Both the position numbers and the translations under genes were made by a program. Positions 43,011 to 50,463 of a stretch of DNA of 50,463 bases are shown here, one piece after another (position 1 is the first letter of the stretch; every line of letters starts with the position of its first letter). Under the pieces are notes generated by a model. The model worked only from the letters and a program-made list of their open reading frames with translations. It did not search any database and was not told the DNA's origin. Origin of the DNA: Anaerolineaceae bacterium (GTDB lineage: Bacteria > Chloroflexota > Anaerolineae > Anaerolineales > Anaerolineaceae); the NCBI GenBank assembly GCA_021107195.1, contig JAIOTF010000013.1:1-50463 (forward strand), in the 5' to 3' direction.

Positions 43011-44744
43011 ATGGCTCGTAAGAAAAAGACCAAGAAAAAAAATAATCTTTTACCCATAATACCAGTCATTGTATTGGTGTTGATTTTCTTTTTTGCTTTT
43101 TTCAATGAAATCAAGATCGTTGTGGGTTTTTGGTGGTGGGTCATTACTGCCATTCCCAAAGTCATTCTGGGGATGGATATTGGAGTGATGTCACGCGGTG
43201 ATGATTTTTACCAGGTGCAAAGGATTGTCCGTTTTAATTTAATTATTGGCCTGGGTTTCGTTTTTGTTTTTTGGTTGTTCCTTGCTGCACTGCAATCCCT
43301 CCTGCCAATTTCATCTATCAGGGAAATATTTTCAACCATGCGTATTGTATTTCGCCATTTTCGGGGAAAGCAGGTTCGTATTGCGCGCGTGGTTGGCGGG
43401 CATAACGTTTCCCCTGAAGAAAAAATGCAGCGTAAGAAAAAGTTTTCGTTTATCACAAATTTGATGCTGGATGATGAAGATAAGAAAGTGAAGTTTGAAC
43501 GTGGAGTGATTCTGTTGGATTCGGACAGTGCAATAGCTTTGGAAGAAATGACATCTGCTCCTGATTTGGTACTCATTGCATGGCGTTGGTTGTTAAGAAC
43601 ACTAAGACTTTTAGATGATGATACACCTCGTGTTTGCGGACCGGGGCTGATTTTCATCCATCCTTGGGAGCGGGTACATTCTTTTGTTGATCTGCGCAAA
43701 CAAATCCGTTCCGAAACAGAGGTTGTTGCGCTTACGGGTGACGGAATCGAAATCCGATCTTTTGTATTTTCTCTCTTTAGTGTTGGCCGGCAGCCCAAAC
43801 CTTTGCAACTGGCTTATAATGACGGCTTAGGCGAGGAGAACTTTCAGGCGGTTACCTTTTTTGAAGAAAAAGGCCGATTATGTGTGACAGGCTTCAAGGA
43901 TGACCTTGCCCAGGATGATCGCAGCGAAGCCTATCATTTTGCCCGGGCTGCCGGGCGCATGGGCGAGCTTGGGGCCTATTTTAATCCGCAAGACCCCGGT
44001 GTCCGGCCCGTTTATGACCCCAACCGCGTGTTTAACGCTGTTTATGCCCGCGCCCGGAACGGTAGCAGCGACCTTATCCGTTGGGATGATCTACCCCTCA
44101 TCTTCACTAAAGATGCTTTCAAGGAAATGGCTTCACAATTTAATTTTGATGAAATGAGTAATCCTATAGGGAAGACTTGTTTGATGGACTTCAAGCAGCG
44201 TGTCAACACTGCTGTACGCAACCTCGGGGTATTGACTTATAGTGTCGTTGTGCATCAATCTGGTGAACCCCTCAAAAAGGGAAACAGTTATGATCCTGCA
44301 GAGCTGCTTTCAAGCCCCGTGCGGGACTTCACCACTCCAAAGGTGCTGCGCGAACGCGGCATTATGAATATTTACTCTGCTTTTACTGCCGTTACCCCCT
44401 GTCCGGATGCAATCTATCAACAGCGTCTTGATAACTGGCAAGCCCGCTTACAGCGCGATATTGATATGGTAACCGCAAGACGTGAATTGGAAGTGCGCAA
44501 TATTTACAGCCGCGCACGCAGTCAGGCACAGCAAGAATTATCTACTGCCCTGAATGATATATTGAAGGATCGACAATACTCGGAAGAAGCCATGGCATTG
44601 CTGGTATTCCAGGCATTGGAAGAATATGCCTGCAATCCTGAGACGCGTCAGCGGCTGCCTAATGAGGTCATCACCTTATTGCGCAACTTGCATGATCGTA
44701 TCCTGCCACCGGGCACAAACAGTTTTCCCTTCTTAAGGGACTGA
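43011..44744 (+). CDS. Membrane-anchored protein with a divergent SPFH/band-7-like domain (uncharacterised family), paralogue A
   Basis: ORF 43005-44744 (GTG); ATG is at 43011. It has an N-terminal poly-Lys stretch (ARKKKTKKKNN) and three hydrophobic helices. CGPGLIFIHPWERVHSFVDLRKQIRSETEVVALTGDGIEIRSFVFSLFSV matches the SPFH core pattern (GPGL.F..P....V..VDLR.Q.......V.T.D...+.V.....+++). The C-terminus is helical and Arg/Gln/Glu-rich. Confidence 0.6.
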   Translation: MARKKKTKKKNNLLPIIPVIVLVLIFFFAFFNEIKIVVGFWWWVITAIPKVILGMDIGVMSRGDDFYQVQRIVRFNLIIGLGFVFVFWLFLAALQSLLPISSIREIFSTMRIVFRHFRGKQVRIARVVGGHNVSPEEKMQRKKKFSFITNLMLDDEDKKVKFERGVILLDSDSAIALEEMTSAPDLVLIAWRWLLRTLRLLDDDTPRVCGPGLIFIHPWERVHSFVDLRKQIRSETEVVALTGDGIEIRSFVFSLFSVGRQPKPLQLAYNDGLGEENFQAVTFFEEKGRLCVTGFKDDLAQDDRSEAYHFARAAGRMGELGAYFNPQDPGVRPVYDPNRVFNAVYARARNGSSDLIRWDDLPLIFTKDAFKEMASQFNFDEMSNPIGKTCLMDFKQRVNTAVRNLGVLTYSVVVHQSGEPLKKGNSYDPAELLSSPVRDFTTPKVLRERGIMNIYSAFTAVTPCPDAIYQQRLDNWQARLQRDIDMVTARRELEVRNIYSRARSQAQQELSTALNDILKDRQYSEEAMALLVFQALEEYACNPETRQRLPNEVITLLRNLHDRILPPGTNSFPFLRD

Positions 44745-44758
44745 AGGTTAATCTTTTT

Positions 44759-46168
44759 ATGGTACAGCAGATACGAGAATTTTTCAACGAGATTAGGCAA
44801 GGGATCGCTCGTCTGCGCAACCGCTATCGCGGCCAGTTTTACCGTTTTTTGCAAGGCATGTGGGCCAATCCGGAATTAAACCGCCAGTTACAGTCATTCT
44901 TTGGTCTGTTTGCGATAATTTTTTTGGTTGTGATGTTGTCTTGTTTTACCATTTTGGGAGATCGACTGAATCCAGAACCTCTGGATGTTGGCAGCGTAGC
45001 CCAAAAAGTTCACGACACCAATCCTTTCTTTGCGCATGTTCCTCGGGGAATCCTGGAATTTTTTGTGCTGCGGGTCAGTGGCGAAACACTTCGCTACGCT
45101 ATCTTACCGCTTTTAGCGGTCATTCTCATTTTTATTGCCGGAGCTTATTTTGTGAAGGATGTTTACGACCTGGACACATTTGGTCAGGGGTTGCGCCACA
45201 TGGTTTCGGCAATGTTCGGTCTTTTCTATCCGAAATTACTTGTGGATGAAGGGGAAGTCAAGCTTGAGGATGGTAAGACCAACCTCTTGAATGCCCTTGG
45301 CGGGCCCGGGTATGTCTTGATCCAACCGGGGAATGTCGTCCAGTTCCGGCAGATTCGTGAATTGACTAACCCCTCCATGTCAGAGTCATATTTTTTGGCT
45401 CATTTTGAATATCTCGAACTACCGGTCAGTTTGGAAGACCAGATTGGTCACTCTCCATCAGCAGTTTATGAAACCCGTGATGGAATTTTGACGCGCTTCA
45501 GGGATATTCGCTACGGCTATCGCATCATGCCGGCAGACGACGGTTTCAAACGTTCTCCAGATCAACCTTATTCTTATGACCCAGTTGCATTAGAATCTTT
45601 TCTGTTTGAACGGAGTGTTGACGACGAGGGGCTGCGCACCTGGCAAAGGAATATTTCCTTTGCTATTGATGGGCCTATTCGTGCCTTTGTTGGTGAAAAA
45701 ACCATTGATTTCTTAATGGCCCCAGGCATTGATGAGCAGGAAGTCCGTCGCATCATTCGTACTCGGGTATTGAATGCCCAGCCTCTGCGAAAATTTGGGG
45801 CGGAATTACTCTGGATTGATATTGGTAAGATTGAATTGTTTCAATTTGGTGATCAGATCAATAGTAAACGAATCCAGCGATGGGCAGCAGACTGGAAGGG
45901 TGACGCCGATGTTACCCGTGCCTATGGGGAAGCGACAAAACGGGTGTTCCTGGAAATTGGCCGCGCAGAAGCCCAGGCAGAGGCCCTCAAGAGCATTGCC
46001 AAGTCACTTGGTGATGTTGATTGGCAGGACGATGAGGTATCCAACCTGCGGCGCATTTTGTTGAGCCGCACAGCACAGTTTTTGGAAACATTTCTTGAAA
46101 AACAACCTGAGGAACTCGATTGTCAAACCCGCACCCCGCCCCTGAATGGCGATAAAGAGGACAAATGA
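44759..46168 (+). CDS. Membrane-anchored protein with a divergent SPFH/band-7-like domain, paralogue B
   Basis: There are hydrophobic helices near the N-terminus. GGPGYVLIQPGNVVQF...LEDQIGHSPSAVYETRDGILTRFRDIRYGYRIMP, QPYSYDPVAL and GAELLWIDIGKIE are followed by AYGEATKRVFLEIGRAEAQAEALKSIAKSL. It aligns by eye with paralogue A (RPVYDPNRV; W.A.....D...A..E). Confidence 0.6.
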   Translation: MVQQIREFFNEIRQGIARLRNRYRGQFYRFLQGMWANPELNRQLQSFFGLFAIIFLVVMLSCFTILGDRLNPEPLDVGSVAQKVHDTNPFFAHVPRGILEFFVLRVSGETLRYAILPLLAVILIFIAGAYFVKDVYDLDTFGQGLRHMVSAMFGLFYPKLLVDEGEVKLEDGKTNLLNALGGPGYVLIQPGNVVQFRQIRELTNPSMSESYFLAHFEYLELPVSLEDQIGHSPSAVYETRDGILTRFRDIRYGYRIMPADDGFKRSPDQPYSYDPVALESFLFERSVDDEGLRTWQRNISFAIDGPIRAFVGEKTIDFLMAPGIDEQEVRRIIRTRVLNAQPLRKFGAELLWIDIGKIELFQFGDQINSKRIQRWAADWKGDADVTRAYGEATKRVFLEIGRAEAQAEALKSIAKSLGDVDWQDDEVSNLRRILLSRTAQFLETFLEKQPEELDCQTRTPPLNGDKEDK

Positions 46169-47283
46169 CAGATTTTAATTCGGCTTGTGGCTGGCTGTTC
46201 CAATTTGAAGACTCTCATCTTTCGTCCTTTGGTAAGGCAATGATTGAAATCATTGAAGCAGACCTGGGCGTGAAAACATGGACACAGTTACCACAATGGC
46301 CTCAGGATACTCCTCAGCCAATTGATATTGAAGGAAAAATCCAGCGATATGAGGGTTTTACTGAAAATCTCAGTCAGGATCCTCTGGAATTCCCGGAAGC
46401 TATGGTGCGTCTTGCTTATTACTACCTGCGCAAGGAGAATCCAGGCGAGGCTTTGTCTGTCCTGGAGCGGGCAGAAAAGGCATATCAAGCATTGAGCAAA
46501 GGGGATATTGCTGAGATCGTTAATTTAAAGTTCATGCTGGCCGTTGTGGACTGGTTGAAAGGCTGCACTGCGCTGCGGATGTTCAATACTCGCATGGCAT
46601 ATAAATATTGGGAGGCCTCAATTTCCAGTTTTGGAGAAATCGCGAAGAATGAAGATAGCCGATATTCCACAGACAAGGCTGTTTTTTGCGGTGCTCGGTT
46701 GAAGAATATGCTGGTTGATCTGATCTGTTTGCCAGAGGAAGCGTTTAGCTGGCTGGATCCGGATAAATATAGATGGATCGAGAGTTTTGGAGGGAAAGAT
46801 CGGCTTAATGAACCTACCAGACAGTTAAAAGATATTCTCGAAGAGTTATTGGAAAAATCAGATTTAACAGGTATCAACGCTGAATTGCAGAATTTTCGCC
46901 AGGTAAGCGAGGAATCCGTTTATAGTCTTAACCCCGCCCTGAATTATGGTGAAGCAGACGCTTTGCTTGTGACGGGTCTGTGTTTATTGTCGATGGGGAA
47001 TGCTGAACAGGCGCGCAAAGCAATCGATCAGGCGTCTTCCAAATTTCTGCCTGACACTCACCCGCGCGCTATTTCGTATTGGCTGCTTGGAATTGCATAC
47101 TGGCGCCGGCCGGTCAAAAAGACTGAGGCTGTGAAATATTGGCAGTGGGCGATCCAGGTATTTAAAAAGCTGCAATACCAGGCTGATATGAGCCGTAAAG
47201 AAAAAGCGCGCAATTGGTATCGCAGCCAGATTGTTTTTATGCGGTGCGCTTTAGAAAAGAAAATTGCCGAGAAATTCAATTGA
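46165..47283 (+). CDS. Soluble all-helical TPR-like protein, function unknown
   Basis: ATGA overlap with the upstream gene. Helical-repeat-like segments include AMVRLAYYYLRKENPGEALSVLERAEKAYQAL and ALLVTGLCLLSMGNAEQARKAIDQA...AISYWLLGIAYWRR...AVKYWQWAIQVFKKL. I recognised no catalytic motifs. Confidence 0.6.
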   Translation: MTDFNSACGWLFQFEDSHLSSFGKAMIEIIEADLGVKTWTQLPQWPQDTPQPIDIEGKIQRYEGFTENLSQDPLEFPEAMVRLAYYYLRKENPGEALSVLERAEKAYQALSKGDIAEIVNLKFMLAVVDWLKGCTALRMFNTRMAYKYWEASISSFGEIAKNEDSRYSTDKAVFCGARLKNMLVDLICLPEEAFSWLDPDKYRWIESFGGKDRLNEPTRQLKDILEELLEKSDLTGINAELQNFRQVSEESVYSLNPALNYGEADALLVTGLCLLSMGNAEQARKAIDQASSKFLPDTHPRAISYWLLGIAYWRRPVKKTEAVKYWQWAIQVFKKLQYQADMSRKEKARNWYRSQIVFMRCALEKKIAEKFN

Positions 47284-50071
47284 TTTGGGAAAACGCTATC
47301 AGGCTTTGACTTGTTGAGTCTTCAGATGGAACATCCCGCAATTCAAAGCAAGGTGTTATCTTATCTTCTGACCCATTATTATTTTGGGGGAGTTGCTGCA
47401 CAAATCGGATTGCCAGGTTATCTTTCATTGTTTCGTAGACCTGGTGTAAAGTCCGAGCATTGCCAAAAGTTTTAACCTCTTTGGTTTTAAGGTAAGCGAT
47501 AAAGTCAATTGCAGCATCTGATACGTCCCGAGGGAGTTGAATTCGGTCTGCGTTTGCTAAATTGTCCAGAATTACCCCTAGTTCCTCAACCGTGAAGTCC
47601 GGGAAATGGATCTTCTTTTGGAAGCGGGAAGGCAGACCGGGATTAGCATGCAGGAAGTGTTGCATTTTGTCGGGATACCCTGCTGCGATCACGACGATCC
47701 GTTCGCGGTGATCTTCCATTAATTTGACCAGCGTTTCGATTGCTTCCTGTCCAAAATCTCCGTCTCCCCTGGCAGCCAAAGCATAAGCTTCATCGATGAA
47801 GAGCACGCCATCCAGGGCTTGCTTGAATTTCTCTTCCGTCTTAATCGCTGTCTGTCCAACGTATCTTCCTACCAGATCGCTGCGGGAGACTTCAACGCAA
47901 TGTCCCTTACGCAGCAAGCCCAGGTGACGGAATATCTTTCCCACCAGGCGTGCGGTGGTGGTTTTTCCCGTTCCCGGGTTGCCCGTAAACAGAAAATGGC
48001 GCAGGATCGATTGCGGATGGGAATCCCCATTTGTTTTGTGCAGGGTAATTTCCAATTGAATGCGGTAGGCCACTTTCCGCAGTTCTTTTTTTACATTTTG
48101 TAAACCCACCAATTCATCCAATTCCGAGAATAGCGATTCGAGATTTTGTTCTTCAGGCATCAGGTAGCTGCGGTAATGTGCCGGGATGTCTGTTTCTGTC
48201 AGCGGGGTATCAATGGGAACATTCTGCTCAAAAATGCGCAATGCATGCAGCCGTTCCACTGCTTCGACCAGATTATGCATTTCGCCTGCATTGCCGAAGT
48301 ACTCATCCCGTGAGTTGTAGAGTCCGGTGACGATCTCTTCCAGCAGCTCGTTGACAGGATCTTCAGTCGAAAGCTGGCGGTCTTCAAGCATCTTTTGCAG
48401 AATGGCAAGCAACTCGTCCGGGGAATAATCCGGAAATGTCAGGCGGTTTTGTTCTGGGATGCGCCGCGGCAGACCTGGATTTTCCTTGTAAAAAGCGCTC
48501 ATCTTTTCCGGGTACCCCGCTGCGATCAGCACCCACGGATTGATGTCATCCTCCATCCGGGTGAGGAGTGTGCCCAGAGCTTCCTGCCCAAAACCACCAC
48601 GCTCCTTTTCAGTGAGGAGATATGCCTCGTCCAGAAAGAGAACCCCGCCTGCAGCGCTGTCAATGGCGGTATTGGTTTTTTGGGCTGTACCACCCACATG
48701 ATTTGCAATCAAATCTGCTGCCTTGACTTCAATTAAATGCCCTTTGGGTAATAAACCGATTTCGCGATACAGCTCTCCTACCAGACGCGCCACTGTGGTT
48801 TTGCCCGTGCCGGGGTTTCCTGAGAAGATCATGTGCAGAGAAGGTTGTAAATCACGTTTTTGCTTTCGACGTTGGGTTACGATCAGCCAGGCGCGCATTT
48901 CAAGCAGGTGCTGTTTCACAGAATCCAGGCCTACTAACCGGGACAGCTTTTGTTCGGCTGATTCGTTCGGATCCCGCACGGATTGGAACCAGCCTGCTTT
49001 TCTCGCTGAAGCCAGGTTGACTGTACCAACGCCTTCAAGGGCATCCACCCAGGAACGAATCGATTGGTTCTCAGCGGCCATCCATTCGCTCAGTATTTGA
49101 AGCTTGGCGGGTTTATCTGCTATCTCCGCTCCGGCGGGAAGGGAAGCCACCAGCCAACTGATCTCTGCTGCCTGCGGCGGCCCGATCTGATGAGAACTTC
49201 TTGCGGATCTTTGGGTTATTCTGCTTTGGTTCAGTCCGTTTCTCAATGCTGGCAATGGGAGTTGCTGCAGCGATTGAAACAGAGTTTGCGGAGTTTCCGC
49301 AGAAAAGATGAGGATGCAGATGTTCCGGTTTTGCGATGGCAGATGCTGCCAATCAGAGACCAACCCGGCCAACGTGCGTTGATCATCGAAAAAAGTCAGC
49401 GAGGTTTCAGCTTGCTGGATAATTACCGCTGTTGGCTCTTCCCCGGTTTTCGTCATCATCGTATGCAGGGTGCGGATAGCGTGGGTGTCGCCCATACCAC
49501 CCTGCCCCAACTTATATATTTGCGGCTGCTCCTTAACCCGATATTCCGTTTGTGGTTCTGATACGCCAATTACAGTTTGCTGCGTCTGTTGGAATGCTGC
49601 TGGTGCGCCATTGATGTGCGAGCTGCGTACCCCTTCGGTTTTAAGCAGCATCCTGTTTTGGAAAGGGCCATTGTCCAGATGGCGCATGCCTGTTCGGTCC
49701 AGTGCATGATGACTAAAGATTTCAGGGGAATCGGTAATGGAGACTGCGGGGTTATGGCTATCATGTGGAGGGTTTAAGGCTTTCTTTCGGGGCTTATCCG
49801 GCAGCGCCCCATTTTTGGATTCGCTATCCAGAAAATGGAGCGACTGATGCGGCGAAAAGAAGGCAATATTGGCATATCCTTGTTGTTTGAGAATCGTCCA
49901 TAATACCTGATAGATATTGTATTCTTCGTTTTCTCCGAGGAAATATCTGTCCCGGGTACCCATCCCGTACAGCATCAGCAGCCGTTCGCGCCGGTGAGAG
50001 TGGATGAAGTCGTACATTTCCTTCACCCGGCCATTTTGTATCCGTATGTGATTGAGATTTTTTAGCACCAT
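47276..50071 (-). CDS. Three-module AAA+ ATPase: degenerate N-terminal module plus two canonical CbxX/CfxQ/SpoVK-type AAA+ modules
   Basis: 931 aa. There are two copies of the family signature: (V/L)GL..VK.....+...H(M/F).F.GNPGTGKTT.ARLVG....+GLL.KGH..EV...DL+...VG.TA.KT.......GGVLF(L/I)DEAY.L......FGQEA+.TL+..MED......+IAAGYP.KM..F...NPGLP.R. The Walker A coding sites are at about 48797-48823 and 47960-47986. The N-terminal ~330 aa shows an AAA-like layout with degenerate motifs (LLMLYGMGTRDRYF; AVIIQQAETS; ICILIFSAETP). Confidence 0.9.
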   Translation of the reverse strand: MVLKNLNHIRIQNGRVKEMYDFIHSHRRERLLMLYGMGTRDRYFLGENEEYNIYQVLWTILKQQGYANIAFFSPHQSLHFLDSESKNGALPDKPRKKALNPPHDSHNPAVSITDSPEIFSHHALDRTGMRHLDNGPFQNRMLLKTEGVRSSHINGAPAAFQQTQQTVIGVSEPQTEYRVKEQPQIYKLGQGGMGDTHAIRTLHTMMTKTGEEPTAVIIQQAETSLTFFDDQRTLAGLVSDWQHLPSQNRNICILIFSAETPQTLFQSLQQLPLPALRNGLNQSRITQRSARSSHQIGPPQAAEISWLVASLPAGAEIADKPAKLQILSEWMAAENQSIRSWVDALEGVGTVNLASARKAGWFQSVRDPNESAEQKLSRLVGLDSVKQHLLEMRAWLIVTQRRKQKRDLQPSLHMIFSGNPGTGKTTVARLVGELYREIGLLPKGHLIEVKAADLIANHVGGTAQKTNTAIDSAAGGVLFLDEAYLLTEKERGGFGQEALGTLLTRMEDDINPWVLIAAGYPEKMSAFYKENPGLPRRIPEQNRLTFPDYSPDELLAILQKMLEDRQLSTEDPVNELLEEIVTGLYNSRDEYFGNAGEMHNLVEAVERLHALRIFEQNVPIDTPLTETDIPAHYRSYLMPEEQNLESLFSELDELVGLQNVKKELRKVAYRIQLEITLHKTNGDSHPQSILRHFLFTGNPGTGKTTTARLVGKIFRHLGLLRKGHCVEVSRSDLVGRYVGQTAIKTEEKFKQALDGVLFIDEAYALAARGDGDFGQEAIETLVKLMEDHRERIVVIAAGYPDKMQHFLHANPGLPSRFQKKIHFPDFTVEELGVILDNLANADRIQLPRDVSDAAIDFIAYLKTKEVKTFGNARTLHQVYETMKDNLAIRFVQQLPQNNNGSEDKITPCFELRDVPSEDSTSQSLIAFSQIN

Positions 50072-50086
50072 AAAAAAGTCCAGGAT

Positions 50087-50463
50087 TTAGACCGAGAGAT
50101 GATCTTGTCTTCTCGCTTGAGATTTTTGATAAAGGATATGATTTTTGACTTCTCGCCCGGTATCCGGCAGTATTTGTAACTCGCCGGTTTGCAAGCCATA
50201 TTCTTCCAGGCTGTGCAGAATTTCGGATGCGCGTTGTTTCAATTCGTGATCGGTACGCTGTTCAGCATCGGCAGAGATCAAATGCAGGTGATTGCTGGCA
50301 GTTTTATTCTTGTTGGGCTGCACGCCAATGATGATCTCATCACCCGCCAGATTCATTACGTTTGCCTGGAAAGTTTTCCTCTGGTCGTTTTTCTCGTAAG
50401 CGGAAGTGGTCAGGACAAAGCCCTGGTCTTCCAGCGCCTGAATGACAATATCTGCGATGTTGA
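50087..50463 (-). CDS. Hypothetical protein, 5'-truncated by the window end; upstream partner of the AAA+ gene
   Basis: The reading frame is open from the window edge to TAA at 50087-50089 (listed ORF 50087-50356; I translated upstream with no stop: ..NIADIVIQALEDQGFVLTTSAYEKNDQRKTFQANVMNLAGDE..). It ends 15 nt before the AAA+ start on the same strand. I recognised no domain. Confidence 0.5.
   Translation of the reverse strand, partial: NIADIVIQALEDQGFVLTTSAYEKNDQRKTFQANVMNLAGDEIIIGVQPNKNKTASNHLHLISADAEQRTDHELKQRASEILHSLEEYGLQTGELQILPDTGREVKNHILYQKSQARRQDHLSV

Overview
This is a gene-dense bacterial chromosomal window with about 40 CDS. I saw no rRNA, tRNA or CRISPR array. Protein styles weakly suggest a Chloroflexota/Anaerolineae-like environmental bacterium. 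(1) 1-309 holds a degraded IS transposase 3' remnant. (2) 0.6-15.6 kb holds two translationally coupled surface-glycan operons. They encode nucleotide-sugar dehydrogenases, a 4-epimerase, a Wzx-like flippase, GT4 and GT2 transferases, a complete WbpD-E-B-A-type module for a 2,3-diacetamido uronic acid, and large polytopic membrane proteins. (3) Next come an alpha-glucan phosphorylase and a UPF0316 protein. (4) 18.9-26.4 kb is a cohesin/dockerin surface-protein locus. It has two paralogous cohesin proteins, a dockerin-bearing repeat protein and a divergently transcribed membrane protein with a PP2C-like domain that looks inactive. (5) 28.8-32.3 kb (minus strand) is a Na+-pumping methylmalonyl-CoA decarboxylase operon (mmdA-D-C-B). 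Its biotin-carrier gene is interrupted by an in-frame TAA just before the biotinylation motif. (6) A DUF3048 lipoprotein and DppA follow. Then comes the most unusual unit, a tightly overlapped four-gene operon at 35.2-39.5 kb. It encodes a divergent TGT-family transglycosylase, two tandem FmrO/Arm/Rmt-type 16S rRNA (G1405-class) methyltransferase paralogues and an RsmF-type m5C methyltransferase. (7) A GAF-GAF-GGDEF cyclase sits with an 8-bladed propeller lipoprotein. (8) 43.0-50.5 kb is a visibly AT-richer segment. It carries an uncharacterised operon (two paralogous membrane-anchored SPFH-like proteins plus an all-helical TPR-like protein). That operon converges, with an 8-bp overlap, on a 931-aa three-module CbxX/SpoVK-type AAA+ ATPase and a 5'-truncated unknown gene. 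All functional calls rest on motif recognition by eye; no searches were run. Coordinates of small hairpins and promoters may be off by 1-2 nt.
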